A stretch of DNA of 64,000 nucleotides from Nitriliruptoraceae bacterium (GTDB lineage Bacteria; Actinomycetota; Nitriliruptoria; Nitriliruptorales; Nitriliruptoraceae), in the NCBI GenBank assembly GCA_041685505.1, contig JAWLFQ010000003.1, forward strand, positions 1,346 to 65,345, written 5' to 3'. This document shows, in pieces, positions 1 to 9,755 of this stretch (its first letter is position 1; every line of letters starts with the position of its first letter). The position numbers were made by a program, and so were the translations under genes. The notes beneath the pieces are model-generated. The model was not told where the DNA came from. It did no database searches and saw only the letters and a list, made by a program, of their open reading frames with translations.

Positions 1-126
1 CTCGACCCCGTCCAGCTCACGCACCAGCAACGCGCCCACCAGACCCCGTGCCGCCAGGTCGGCACGACGCTCCAGATCCGACCGTAGGAAGGGTTCGGGC
101 GCGTCGTACAGCCGGTCATGCCCCAT
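1..126 (-). CDS. DNA-3-methyladenine glycosylase (Mpg/AAG-like), N-terminal fragment running off the window start
   Basis: Minus-strand frame is open to position 1. ATG at 126-124 lies 2 nt after the polX stop. Hand translation gives MGHDRLYDAPEPFLRSDLERRADLAARGLVGALLVRELDGVE, which resembles Mpg N-termini (..A..LLG..LV). Only 42 aa are visible. Confidence 0.35.
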   Translation of the reverse strand, partial: MGHDRLYDAPEPFLRSDLERRADLAARGLVGALLVRELDGVE

Positions 127-128
127 GG

Positions 129-1910
129 TCAGCGCCGGTGCAGGTCGTCGAGCCACGCGCTGAACCGCTCCCGCGACCAGGTGTTCGCGACCCGCTCGCG
201 CGGCAGGCGGGCTCGCCGCGCCTGCGCCGCGCCGAACCGGGCACGCTCGAGATCGGCCACCCCGTGCGCGTCGGTGGAGATCACGAAGGTGCAGCCACGA
301 CGCGCGCCCTCGCGGATCACCTCCACCGTCGCATCGAGGCGCGGTAGCGCGGCGTTGATCTCGATCGCGGTCCCCGCCTCGGCAGCTGCATCCAACACCC
401 GTTCGAGATCGAGCTCGATGCCGGGACGCGAGCCGATCAACCGTCCCGTCAGGTGGCCGATGGCGGTGACGCTCGGATGCCTGATGGCCGCGAGCAGGCG
501 CGCGGTCTGGGCCTCGACATCCTGGCGGAAGTGGGAGTGCACCGAGGCGACCAGCCAGTCGAACCCGGCGAGGAATGCGTCGTCGTAGTCGAGCGAGCCG
601 TCGGCCGCGATGTTGAGCTCCGCACCGTGGAGCAGGCGGATGTCCCCCCGGCGCTGTTCGAGCGCGCGCACCTCCTCGCGCTGGGCGAGCATGTCCCGGC
701 GGGAGACCCCGTTGATGCGCAGGTCCTCGGCATGGTCGGTGATGGCCAGGTACGCCAACCCACGTGCCACCGCGGCGTCGACCAGCTCCTCGAGCGGGTC
801 GCGCCCATCGCCGGAACGGTCGGTGTGGTCATGGAGATCGCCGAGCAGGTCCTCGGTGCGCACCAGCGGGGGCAGCTCGTCCGCCGCGGCGAGCTCGATC
901 TCCCCGTCATCCTCGCGCACCTCCGGGGGCAGCCAGGCGAGCTCCAGCGCGGCGTAGATCGCGTCCTCGCTCCCGGCGGCCACCACCTCGGCGTCGGGGT
1001 CGTCGTGCACACCCGGTCCGGGTTGCGCGTCGTCACGGTGGACCGCCAGGGCGTACTCGCTCAGCGTCCAGCCACGGTCGATCGCCCGCTGTCGCAACCG
1101 GATGTTGTGCGCCTTGGAACCGGTGAAGTACAGCAACGCCGCACCGAAGCTCGCGGGCGGCACGATCCGCAGGTCGACCTGGACGCCATCGCGGGTGACC
1201 ACCGAGGTCTTGGTCCCGCCCGAGCCGAGCTGACGGTCGATGTCGTCCATGGCCAGGAAGGCCTGGCGTACCGGCTCGGGATCCGCGGTGGCCACCAGTA
1301 CGTCGATGTCACCGATGTCCTCACGGAACCGGCGCAGGCTGCCCGCGTACGCCACCCGGTTGGCTGCATCCACCGCCTCGAGGTGGGCCACGATGCGCTC
1401 CGCCACGGGCATCGCGCGGGCGATCGGCACCCGTCGGTCCTTGGAGGTCAGCCCGAGGACCTCGATCCCCTCGCGCATGTTCTCGATCGTCTTGGCACCC
1501 ATCCCCTCCAGGGTGGCGACCGAGCCGTCATCGAGCCCGGCGACCAGCGCCTCGACGCTGCGGATCCCGAGCTCGTCGTCGAGCAGCTGCACGGTCTTCG
1601 GCCCGAGCCCGGGGACCTGCAGCAGTGCGAGCTTGCTGGCGGGGTGCCGCTGCCTGAGCTCCTCCAGCTTCTCGATGCCGCCCGTCTCGACGTACTCCCG
1701 GATGCGGCCGGCGATGCTCTTGCCGATGCCCTTGACCGTGGCGAGCTCGGTGGTGCTGAGCTCGGCCACGTCCTCACCGAGGCCCCTGACCGCCCGCTCG
1801 GCGTTCTGGTACGCGCGCACGCGGAACGCGTTGGGACTGCCCTCGTCCAGTTCGGTCAGGGTCGCCAGCTCCGCGAGCAGACGTGCCACCTCGTCGTTGC
1901 TGCCTGCCAC
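129..1910 (-). CDS. polX: DNA polymerase/3'-5' exonuclease PolX (Pol X domain + PHP domain)
   Basis: 593-aa ORF. N-terminal helix-hairpin-helix/Pol X motifs (NAFRVRAYQNAERAV, GIGKSIA, GLGPKT, DIDVLV). C-terminal PHP motifs (LHDHTDRSGDG, ITDH, ISTDAH). GTG start with AGGAGGG 5 nt upstream. Confidence 0.85.
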   Translation of the reverse strand: MAGSNDEVARLLAELATLTELDEGSPNAFRVRAYQNAERAVRGLGEDVAELSTTELATVKGIGKSIAGRIREYVETGGIEKLEELRQRHPASKLALLQVPGLGPKTVQLLDDELGIRSVEALVAGLDDGSVATLEGMGAKTIENMREGIEVLGLTSKDRRVPIARAMPVAERIVAHLEAVDAANRVAYAGSLRRFREDIGDIDVLVATADPEPVRQAFLAMDDIDRQLGSGGTKTSVVTRDGVQVDLRIVPPASFGAALLYFTGSKAHNIRLRQRAIDRGWTLSEYALAVHRDDAQPGPGVHDDPDAEVVAAGSEDAIYAALELAWLPPEVREDDGEIELAAADELPPLVRTEDLLGDLHDHTDRSGDGRDPLEELVDAAVARGLAYLAITDHAEDLRINGVSRRDMLAQREEVRALEQRRGDIRLLHGAELNIAADGSLDYDDAFLAGFDWLVASVHSHFRQDVEAQTARLLAAIRHPSVTAIGHLTGRLIGSRPGIELDLERVLDAAAEAGTAIEINAALPRLDATVEVIREGARRGCTFVISTDAHGVADLERARFGAAQARRARLPRERVANTWSRERFSAWLDDLHRR

Positions 1911-1958
1911 CTCTGCCCTCCTGCTGCACCGAACGACCGGGCCGTCGCGCCCGTGGTC

Positions 1959-3386
1959 CTAGGTCATCGAACCACGGTTCGCCGCTGCAGCGGCCCGGGC
2001 TCGCTCCAGCTGGGCGGCCACCGCCGCCGTGGCGGTGCCGTTCACCCCGTCCCGCCGATCGATCGCCTGCTGTGCGTCGAAGCGGGCGACCACGTGCGCG
2101 TCCAGAACGGGGTCGATCGCGGCCAGCTCCTCAGGGTCCAGCCCGTCCAGGTCGACGCCCCGGGCCTCGGCCGCGGCGACCACCGCGCCGACGATCTCGT
2201 GGGCCTCGCGGAAGGGCACCCCCCGGGTCACCAGCTCCTCGGCGAGGTCGGTGGCCAGCGCGAAGCCGCCCACCGAGGCGGTCTCGAGCCGCTGGCGGTC
2301 GAAGGTCAGGCTCGCCACGGTCCCGGTGATCGCCGGCAGGGTGAGCCGCAGCGTGGCGACGGCGTCGAAGACCGGCTCCTTGTCCTCCTGCAGGTCCCGG
2401 TCGTAGGTCAGCGGCAACGCCTTGATGGTCGTCAGCAGCGCGACCAGGTCACCGATCACCCGACCGGTCTTGCCACGCACGAGCTCGGCGATGTCGGGGT
2501 TGCGCTTCTGCGGCATGATCGAGGAACCGGTGGAGAAGGCGTCGCCGACCCGGGCGAAGGCGAACTCCGAGGTGGCCCACAGCACGATCTCCTCCCCCAG
2601 CCGGGAGAGGGTGACCGCCAGGATCGCCGCGGCGCTGAGCACCTCGAGCGCGAAGTCACGCGAGGCCACCGCGTCCATGGAGTTCTCCATCACGGCATCG
2701 AAGCCGAGGTGGTCGGCGTAGGCCTGGGGATCGAGCCCGAGGGTCTGACCGGCCAGTGCACCGGACGCGAGCGTGGAGGCGTTGCAGCGTGCGCGCGCGT
2801 CACGGAACCGGCCCGCGTCCCGGTCCAGCATCCAGACGTAGGCCAGCAGGTGGTGGCTGAGCAGCACGGGCTGGCCACGCTGCAGGTGGGTGTAGCCCGG
2901 CGCGTGCCAGCCGAGGTGGGCCTCGGCCTGGTCGACGAAGGCCTGCTGGAGCCCGCCGACCAGGGCGACCACCTCATCGCAGGCATCCCGGCACCACAGG
3001 CGCAGGTCACTGGCGATCTGGTCGTTGCGGGAGCGTCCCGCGCGCAGCTTGCCGCCCAGCGCGCCGAGCTCCTCGACCAGCCACCGCTCGATGGCCCCGT
3101 GGACGTCCTCGTCAGTGTCGTGGAAGACGAAGGCATCCCGTGCGAACAGCGCCGCGCAGCGTTCCAGCGCGGCGAGCAGCTGGTCACGCTCGCTGTCATC
3201 GAGCACCCCGATGCGGTGCAGTTCCTCGGCGTGGGCACGGGAGCCGGCGAGATCCTGGCGCCACAGGTGGCGGTCCACGGCGGTGGAGACCCCGAGCGCC
3301 CAGGCGGCGGCGTCGGGGCCGGCGGTGAAGCGGCCGCCCCACAGCCGCCCGGCATCGGTGGCGGCGTGGGGTTGCTCCTCGGTCAT
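1959..3386 (-). CDS. argH: argininosuccinate lyase
   Basis: 475-aa ORF with LWGGRFT, GSSIMPQKRNPD (fumarate-lyase signature) and arg-operon context. ATG preceded by AGGAGG. Confidence 0.95.
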   Translation of the reverse strand: MTEEQPHAATDAGRLWGGRFTAGPDAAAWALGVSTAVDRHLWRQDLAGSRAHAEELHRIGVLDDSERDQLLAALERCAALFARDAFVFHDTDEDVHGAIERWLVEELGALGGKLRAGRSRNDQIASDLRLWCRDACDEVVALVGGLQQAFVDQAEAHLGWHAPGYTHLQRGQPVLLSHHLLAYVWMLDRDAGRFRDARARCNASTLASGALAGQTLGLDPQAYADHLGFDAVMENSMDAVASRDFALEVLSAAAILAVTLSRLGEEIVLWATSEFAFARVGDAFSTGSSIMPQKRNPDIAELVRGKTGRVIGDLVALLTTIKALPLTYDRDLQEDKEPVFDAVATLRLTLPAITGTVASLTFDRQRLETASVGGFALATDLAEELVTRGVPFREAHEIVGAVVAAAEARGVDLDGLDPEELAAIDPVLDAHVVARFDAQQAIDRRDGVNGTATAAVAAQLERARAAAAANRGSMT

Positions 3387-3460
3387 CGCGTCCTCCTGCC
3401 CTCACGGCACGGTAGGCGGGCACCTGCGCCGGCTCGCTCCCGCACCCGACGCCGGGCGGC

Positions 3461-4681
3461 TCAGACCTCGTCGCCCTGGGCCTGGACCTTGGCGGCCCAG
3501 GTCTTGAGCGGCAGACCCCACAGCTTCACGAAGCCCTCCGCCAGGGACTGGTCGAACTGGTCCTCGGCGTCGTAGGTCGCCATCTCGTAGGTGTAGAGGC
3601 CGTGGCTGTCGCTGCGACGCCCGACGACGGTGGCCGAGCCCTTGTAGAGCTGCACGCGGACCTCGCCGGTGACGTAGCGGTTGGCCTCGTCGATGAAGGC
3701 GTCGAGCGCCTTCTTGAGCGGCCCCCACCACAGGCCGTTGTAGATCAGCTGGGCGTAGCGACCCTCCTCGACCCGCTTGTGGTCGGCGAGCTCCTGCTCG
3801 AGGCACAGGTCCTCGAGGTCGCGGTGGGCGGTGATCAGGGTGATCGCGCCGGGGCACTCGTAGAGCTCCCGGCTCTTGATGCCCACCAGCCGGTCCTCGA
3901 TCATGTCGATGCGGCCGATGCCGTGGGCACCGGCGCGCGCATCGATCTCGGCCACCAGTTCCGCCAGCGGCAGGCGCCGGCCGTCCAGGGAGACGGGCAG
4001 GCCCTGCTCGAAGGCGATCACGACCTCCTCGGGCTCCTCGGGGGCGTCCTTGACCGACACGGTCCGCTCGAAGACGTCCTCGGGCGGCGCAGCCCACGGG
4101 TCCTCGAGGATCCCGCACTCCGCGGTGCGACCCCAGGCGTTCTCGTCGATCGAGTAGGGGCTCTTCTTGGTCATCGAGGGGATGGGGATGCCCCGCTCGG
4201 CCGCGTAGTCGATGGCGGCGTCCCGGCTCAGACCCCACTCCCGGATCGGCGCCATCCCCTCGAGGTCGGGGGCCAGGCACATCGCGCCCACCTCGAAGCG
4301 GACCTGGTCGTTGCCCTTGCCGGTGGAGCCGTGGGCGATGCCGGCTGCGCCGGTCGCCCGGGCGGTCGCGACCAGGTGCTTGACGATCAGCGGACGGGAC
4401 AGCGCGGAGACCAGGGGGTACTTGCCCATGTAGAGGGCGTTGGCCTTCAGCGCCGGTGCGATGAAGTCGGTGGCGAACTCCTCGCGGGCATCGACCACCA
4501 CCGACTCCACCGCCCCGCAGTCCAGGCCGCGCTGGCGGATCTCGTCGAGATCGTCGATGCCCTGGCCGACGTCGACGGCGCAGGCCACCACCTCGACGTC
4601 CTTGTGCTCCTTCATCCACTCGATGGCCACGGAGGTGTCGAGGCCACCGGAGTAGGCGAGGACGATACGGGGCTTGCTCAT
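3461..4681 (-). CDS. argG: argininosuccinate synthase
   Basis: 406-aa ORF with AYSGGLDTS (N-type ATP pyrophosphatase motif) and GSTGKGNDQVRFE. AGGAG SD 5 nt before the ATG. Confidence 0.95.
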   Translation of the reverse strand: MSKPRIVLAYSGGLDTSVAIEWMKEHKDVEVVACAVDVGQGIDDLDEIRQRGLDCGAVESVVVDAREEFATDFIAPALKANALYMGKYPLVSALSRPLIVKHLVATARATGAAGIAHGSTGKGNDQVRFEVGAMCLAPDLEGMAPIREWGLSRDAAIDYAAERGIPIPSMTKKSPYSIDENAWGRTAECGILEDPWAAPPEDVFERTVSVKDAPEEPEEVVIAFEQGLPVSLDGRRLPLAELVAEIDARAGAHGIGRIDMIEDRLVGIKSRELYECPGAITLITAHRDLEDLCLEQELADHKRVEEGRYAQLIYNGLWWGPLKKALDAFIDEANRYVTGEVRVQLYKGSATVVGRRSDSHGLYTYEMATYDAEDQFDQSLAEGFVKLWGLPLKTWAAKVQAQGDEV

Positions 4682-4787
4682 GGGAGCTCCTGTGGGGGTG
4701 TCGCCGGCCGCAGCCGGGTGGTCATGGTCGGTGGTGGGTGGTCGTGGGGGCGGGGGGCGTGCGCCGTGATCGATCCGTGCGTCGGGT

Positions 4788-5252
4788 TCAGGTCAGGCCG
4801 GCGCGCGCCGCCAGTTCCTCCGCCAGCGCCGCGCCCGTGGTCCCCTCCTCGGCGACCACCAGGACGGTGTCGTCACCGGAGACCGTCGCGATGACGTGGG
4901 AGAGCTCGGCGAGGTCGATGGCGGAGGCCACGGGGTGGGCGCAGGCCGGTGGGGTACGCAGCACCGCGAGGTTGCCGCTGGCCGTGACGTGGGTGACGAA
5001 CCGCTGCAGGGTGTCGTCGAGGCGCTCGCGGGCACCGGCGGGACCGGGATCGGCAGCCAGCCGGTAGATGAGCTGGCCGTCGGCACCGCGCACCTTGACC
5101 GCGCCCACCTCGCGGAGGTCGCGGCTGACCGTCGCCTCGTGCACGTCGATGCCCGTCGCCGCCAACGCCGCGACCACCTCGGCCTGGGAGCCGAGGGCCT
5201 GGTCGGTCAGCAGCGCCCGCAGGCGCTGCTGACGGCGGGACTTGTCGGGCAT
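4788..5252 (-). CDS. argR: arginine repressor ArgR
   Basis: Start trimmed from the 241-aa track ORF to the internal ATG ([18 protein letters not shown]...). Winged-helix N-domain and C-terminal GDDTVLVV oligomerisation/arginine-binding motif. Sits between argF and argG as in other actinobacteria. Confidence 0.85.
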   Translation of the reverse strand: MPDKSRRQQRLRALLTDQALGSQAEVVAALAATGIDVHEATVSRDLREVGAVKVRGADGQLIYRLAADPGPAGARERLDDTLQRFVTHVTASGNLAVLRTPPACAHPVASAIDLAELSHVIATVSGDDTVLVVAEEGTTGAALAEELAARAGLT

Positions 5253-5263
5253 CGGCGCGGTCC

Positions 5264-6211
5264 TCAGCGCGCGGCCAGCAGGCGGAGCAGGACCGCCTTC
5301 TGGGCATGGAGGCGGTTCTCGGCCTGCTCCCACACCCGCGAGGCCGGACCGTCGATCACCTCGGCGGTGACCTCCTCGCCGCGGTGGGCGGGCAGGCAGT
5401 GCAGGAAGATCGCGTCCTCGGCGGCGTGGGCGAACAGCGCAGCCGTCACCTGGTAGGGACGGAAGACGGACAGTCGCGCCTGCGTCTCGTCCTCCTGGCC
5501 CATCGAGGCCCATACGTCGGTGTAGACCGCGTGCGCACCGCTGACGGCGGCCACCGCATCGGTGGTGACCACCACCTCGGTGCCGCCGGCCGCCGCCAGC
5601 TCGCGGGCACGTGCGACGACGGCGCCGTCGGGGGCGTAGCCCTCGGGGTGGGCGACACGCACCTCGACCCCGGCCAGTGCTCCGGCCAGCAGCAGGGAGT
5701 GCGCCACGTTGTTGCCGTCGCCCACGTAGGTCAGCACGCTGCCGGTCAGGGCCCCCCCGCGCGCCTCACGCAGGGTCTGGAGATCGGCCAGGGCCTGACA
5801 GGGGTGCTCGAGATCGGTGAGCGCGTTGACCACGGGCACCTCGGCGGCTGCCGCCAGTTCGTCGAGGCGGTCCTGGCCGAAGGTGCGCACGACCACGGCG
5901 TGGACGTAGCGCGACAGGACGGCGCCGGTGTCAGCGATCGTCTCCCCGCGGCCGAGCTGCAACTCCGCGGAGCTGAGCGGCAGGGGCTGACCGCCGAGCT
6001 CGGTCACCGCGACCTGGAAGGACACCCGCGTACGGGTCGAGGGCTTCTCGAACACCAGCGCCACGGTGCGACCGGCCAGCGCGTCGGCGTAGGCGGCCGG
6101 CCCCCCGGTGCCGCGCGCGGCCTTGACCTGGGCGGCGAGGGCGAGCAGGTCGGCGAGCTGCGCGTCGTCGAGGTCGTCGATCGACAGCAGGTCCTCGGGG
6201 AAGCGGGCCAT
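5264..6211 (-). CDS. argF: ornithine carbamoyltransferase
   Basis: 315-aa ORF with [12 protein letters not shown] carbamoyl-phosphate motif, HPCQ and HCLP motifs. Confidence 0.95.
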   Translation of the reverse strand: MARFPEDLLSIDDLDDAQLADLLALAAQVKAARGTGGPAAYADALAGRTVALVFEKPSTRTRVSFQVAVTELGGQPLPLSSAELQLGRGETIADTGAVLSRYVHAVVVRTFGQDRLDELAAAAEVPVVNALTDLEHPCQALADLQTLREARGGALTGSVLTYVGDGNNVAHSLLLAGALAGVEVRVAHPEGYAPDGAVVARARELAAAGGTEVVVTTDAVAAVSGAHAVYTDVWASMGQEDETQARLSVFRPYQVTAALFAHAAEDAIFLHCLPAHRGEEVTAEVIDGPASRVWEQAENRLHAQKAVLLRLLAAR

Positions 6212-6286
6212 CAGGTGCCTCTCTGGGCGGGGTTGCGGGCGGGATGTCAGGCGGGGTGGCGGGAAGGTCGAGCGGGTGCGTGCGGG

Positions 6287-7507
6287 TCAGTCGGCACGGG
6301 CGTCGGCGACGGCCTGCAACGCCTCGGCGATACCCGCCAGGGCCAGGTCGACCTCCTCCGGGGTGATGATCAGCGGCGGCGCCAGACGCAGTACGTCCGC
6401 GCCGACGGCGTTGACCAGCAGGAACCGGTCACGGCAGGCGGCCTCCACCTCGGCGGCCACCGGCGCGTCCAACTCCAGGCCCAGCAGCAACCCGCGTCCC
6501 CGTACACCGGTGGCGTAGGCAGCGGTGCCCACGAGGGCCTCCAGGCCCGTCCGCAGACGCGTCGCACGGTGCGCTGCCTGGGAGAGCAGACCCTGGTCAC
6601 GGATCGTGTCGAGCACGGCGCACGCAGCGGCGGCGGTCACCGGGTTGCCACCGAAGGTGGTGGCGTGGTCGCCGGGGCCGAACACCGTGGCGGCGTGCCC
6701 GTGGGCCACGCAGGCGCCGATCGGCAGGCCGTTGGCCAGGGCCTTGGCCAGGGTGATGACGTCGGGCACCACCTCGGTGCCCTGGAAGGCGAACCAGGTC
6801 CCGGTGCGGCCGATACCGGTCTGGACCTCGTCAGCGATCAGCAGGGCGTCGTTGGCGTCGCAGGCCTCACGCGCGGCGGCGAGCACCTGCGGCGACAACG
6901 GGCGTACGCCCCCCTCCCCCTGCACGACCTCGAGCAGCACCGCGCAGGTGTCCTCGCCCACCGCCGCACGCAGCGCCTGTGGGTCGTCGTGGGGGACGTG
7001 GTCGACGAAGCCGGCCAGGGGCGCGAAGGGCGCGTGCTTGGCCGGCTGGCCCGTGGCCTCCAGCGTCGCCAGGGTGCGGCCGTGGAAGGAGCCCTCCAGG
7101 GTGACCACCCGCACCTTGTCGGGGTGGATCGCCTTGCCGTGCTTGCGGGCGAGCTTGATCGCCGCCTCGTTGGCGGTGGCGCCGCACTGGGCGAAGAACA
7201 CCGTGGCGTCCGGCCAGCCGGTCACCTCGGCCAGGCGTTCTGCCAGGGCGACCGCCGGCTCGGTGACGTGGAGGTTGGAGGTGTGCACCAGGGTCGCGGC
7301 CTGGCGCGTGACGGCCGCGGTGACCGCGGGGTGGGCGTGGCCGAGGTTGGTGACCGCCAGGCCACACAGCAGGTCCAGCCAGGCGTTGCCGTCCACGTCG
7401 AACAGCGCCGTGCCCTCACCGCGGACGAAGGCCTGCCTCGGTGGCCCGTAGGTGGGCATCACGTGCGCGGCGGCGCGGGTGAACAGCTCCGGTTCGGCCA
7501 CGCTCAC
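6287..7507 (-). CDS. argD: acetylornithine aminotransferase (class III PLP aminotransferase)
   Basis: 406-aa ORF with SFHGRT, DEVQTGIGRTG and TFGGNP motifs. GTG start overlaps the argB stop (GTGA). Confidence 0.93.
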   Translation of the reverse strand: MSVAEPELFTRAAAHVMPTYGPPRQAFVRGEGTALFDVDGNAWLDLLCGLAVTNLGHAHPAVTAAVTRQAATLVHTSNLHVTEPAVALAERLAEVTGWPDATVFFAQCGATANEAAIKLARKHGKAIHPDKVRVVTLEGSFHGRTLATLEATGQPAKHAPFAPLAGFVDHVPHDDPQALRAAVGEDTCAVLLEVVQGEGGVRPLSPQVLAAAREACDANDALLIADEVQTGIGRTGTWFAFQGTEVVPDVITLAKALANGLPIGACVAHGHAATVFGPGDHATTFGGNPVTAAAACAVLDTIRDQGLLSQAAHRATRLRTGLEALVGTAAYATGVRGRGLLLGLELDAPVAAEVEAACRDRFLLVNAVGADVLRLAPPLIITPEEVDLALAGIAEALQAVADARAD

Positions 7508-8514
7508 GACCCACCCCCCACCGGACGCGCCATCGCGGATCCCGAGCGGGCGGGCACCGAGGGCGTGACCATGGTGCCCACGCCCTCGTCGGTGAAGATC
7601 TCGATCAGCACCGAGTGGAGCACCCGGCCATCGAGGATGTGGGCCTGCGGGACCCCGTCACGGATCGCACCCACGATGGAGCGCACCTTGGGGCGCATCC
7701 CGGTGTGCAGCTCGTGGGCATCGAGCATCTCCGCCAGGCGGTCCACGCCCACCTCGCTCATCAGCGCCTCCTTGTCGGGGTCGCCGAAGTCGAGGTAGAG
7801 GCCGGGGACGTCGGTGAGGTAGACGAGCTTGGAGGCACCCAACGCCGCGGCCACGGCCCCGGCTGCGAGGTCGGCGTTGACGTTGCGCTCCACCCCCTCG
7901 GCGTCCCGACCGACGGTGGCGATCACCGGCAGGAACCCGTCGGCCAGCAGCTCCTGCAGGTAGCGGGTATCGACCCGCTCGACCTCGCCGACCAGCCCGA
8001 GGTCCTCGCCCTCGGGCCCGGTGGCGGGGCGGACCTGGAGCAGGTTGGCGTCGGTGCCGGCCACGCCGACGGCGGGTCCTCCGGCCTCGCTGACCAGCGA
8101 GACCACCTCGGGGTTGACCCTGCCGAGCAACGCCATGCGCACCACGTCCATCATCGCGGCGTCGGTGACGCGCAGACCGGCGACGAAACGCGAGCTCACC
8201 CCGAGGGCCTCGGCCAGGCCGCTGATCTGCGGCCCGCCGCCGTGGACGATGACGGGCTTGAGTCCGACGAAGTGCAGCAACGCGACGTCGGCGGCGAAGG
8301 AACGCTTGAGCTGCTCGTCGACCATGGCGTTGCCGCCGTACTTGATCACCACGGTCTGGCCGTGGAAACGCGTGATCCAGGGCAGGGCCTCACGCAGGAC
8401 CGCAGCCTTCTCCTGGGCGGCCTCGACGCGCTCGGTGGAGACGTGGTCGGCGGTGGTGATCCGACGGCCTCCGAGCTTGGGTGTGACGCTCACGGGGTGC
8501 TCCTGGCCATCCAT
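7504..8514 (-). CDS. argB: acetylglutamate kinase
   Basis: C-terminal part of the 651-aa track ORF, with VIKYGGNAM and VHGGGPQI motifs. The ATG at 8514 shares one base with the argJ stop (TGATG). An alternative GTG at 8493 has AGGAG 6 nt upstream, so the start is uncertain by 7 codons. Confidence 0.9.
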   Translation of the reverse strand: MDGQEHPVSVTPKLGGRRITTADHVSTERVEAAQEKAAVLREALPWITRFHGQTVVIKYGGNAMVDEQLKRSFAADVALLHFVGLKPVIVHGGGPQISGLAEALGVSSRFVAGLRVTDAAMMDVVRMALLGRVNPEVVSLVSEAGGPAVGVAGTDANLLQVRPATGPEGEDLGLVGEVERVDTRYLQELLADGFLPVIATVGRDAEGVERNVNADLAAGAVAAALGASKLVYLTDVPGLYLDFGDPDKEALMSEVGVDRLAEMLDAHELHTGMRPKVRSIVGAIRDGVPQAHILDGRVLHSVLIEIFTDEGVGTMVTPSVPARSGSAMARPVGGGS

Positions 8515-9755
8515 CAGGTGGTGTACTCGGCGTTGAAGCGGACGTACTCGGGGGTGAGGTCGCAGGTCAGGACCGTGGCGGTGGCCTCGCCCGAGCCGAC
8601 GTCCACGCCGAGCTCCACGATGTCGCGGTCCATGGCGGCCGCGACCTGGCCCCGGTCGAAGCTGGCGGCCACGCCGAAACGGCACACGGTGATGCCACCG
8701 CAGGTCACGCTGGTGCGACGCGGATCGAAGGCGACCCCGGCGCTGCCCATGGCCATCAGGATGCGGCCCCAGTTGGGATCCGCCCCGTGGATCGCCGCCC
8801 GCACCAGCAACGAGGTCGCGACCGACCGGGCGAGGCGCTCGGCCTCCGTCTCCGTGGCCGCGCCCCGCACCGTGATCGCGGCCACGCGGGTGGCCCCCTC
8901 GCCGTCGGCGACGACCTGGTGCGCCAACTGCGCGCACACCATGTGCAGCGCCCGGCCGAGCACCTCGATCCCCGGCGGCTGCGGTGCGGTACCGCTGGCC
9001 AGCAGCGCCACGCTGTCGGAGGTGGAACCGTCGCCGTCGACGCTGATGCGGTTGAAGGTGGGGCGCACGGCTGCGCGCAGCAGCTGCCGACACACCGGTC
9101 CGCTCAGCGGCGCGTCGGTGGTGAGCACCACCAGCAAGGTGGCCATCGCGGGCTCGATCATCCCGACGCCCTTGGCCATCCCGGCGACGGTGCACCGACC
9201 ACCGGTGCCGTCCGCCACCTCGACCGCGACCTGCTTGGTGCGGGTGTCGGTGGTCATGATCGCCTCGGCGGCCGCCGGACCGCCGCCGGGCGACAGTGCC
9301 GCGACCAGCTCCGGGACGGCACCGGTGATCCGCTCCACCGGCAGGGGCACCCCGATGACCCCGGTGGACATCACCAGCACCTCCTGCGGGGTGGTGGCGA
9401 GCTGCTCGGCCACGGCGGTGGCCATCGATCGGGTGTGCTCCTGGCCGTGGGGCGTGCACACGTTGGCGTTGCCGCTGTTGATGACCACCGCGCGGGCGGA
9501 GCCATCGGCAGCTGCCTGCTCGGTCCAGGTGCAGGAGGAGGCCTTGACCAGGTTGGTGGTGGTGACGACCGCGACGCCGGCGGGCGCGTCGGCGGCCACC
9601 AGGGCCAGGTCGGGACGGCCGGAGGGTTTGACCCCGCTGGTGGCGCCCGCGGCACGGAAACCGGGCACGGCCGTGACCCCGCCCGCCACGGGGGTCAGCC
9701 CCGTGCGGTCGGCGGGTCCCCAGCCGGGGATCGAGGGGACCTCCCCGCCGCTCAC
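8514..9755 (-). CDS. argJ: bifunctional glutamate N-acetyltransferase / amino-acid acetyltransferase
   Basis: 413-aa ORF with the GMIEPAMATLL autoprocessing-site motif (..ATL..). GTG start overlaps the argC stop. Confidence 0.93.
   Translation of the reverse strand: MSGGEVPSIPGWGPADRTGLTPVAGGVTAVPGFRAAGATSGVKPSGRPDLALVAADAPAGVAVVTTTNLVKASSCTWTEQAAADGSARAVVINSGNANVCTPHGQEHTRSMATAVAEQLATTPQEVLVMSTGVIGVPLPVERITGAVPELVAALSPGGGPAAAEAIMTTDTRTKQVAVEVADGTGGRCTVAGMAKGVGMIEPAMATLLVVLTTDAPLSGPVCRQLLRAAVRPTFNRISVDGDGSTSDSVALLASGTAPQPPGIEVLGRALHMVCAQLAHQVVADGEGATRVAAITVRGAATETEAERLARSVATSLLVRAAIHGADPNWGRILMAMGSAGVAFDPRRTSVTCGGITVCRFGVAASFDRGQVAAAMDRDIVELGVDVGSGEATATVLTCDLTPEYVRFNAEYTT

Noticed and set aside
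453-3575. 1040-aa plus-strand ORF. Similar giants are at 5306-7798 (830 aa), 33628-36720 (1030 aa), 40866-44600 (1244 aa), 47562-51545 (1327 aa), 13684-15768, 54401-56215 and 25761-27734.
   Set aside because: Each lies exactly antisense to well-recognised housekeeping genes (polX/argH, argF/argD, metK/coaBC, dnaE, ileS, pheT, ftsZ, ribD). Their translations are Arg/Gly/Pro/Val-rich with no recognisable motifs. Stop-poor antisense frames are expected at this GC content, so these are shadow ORFs.
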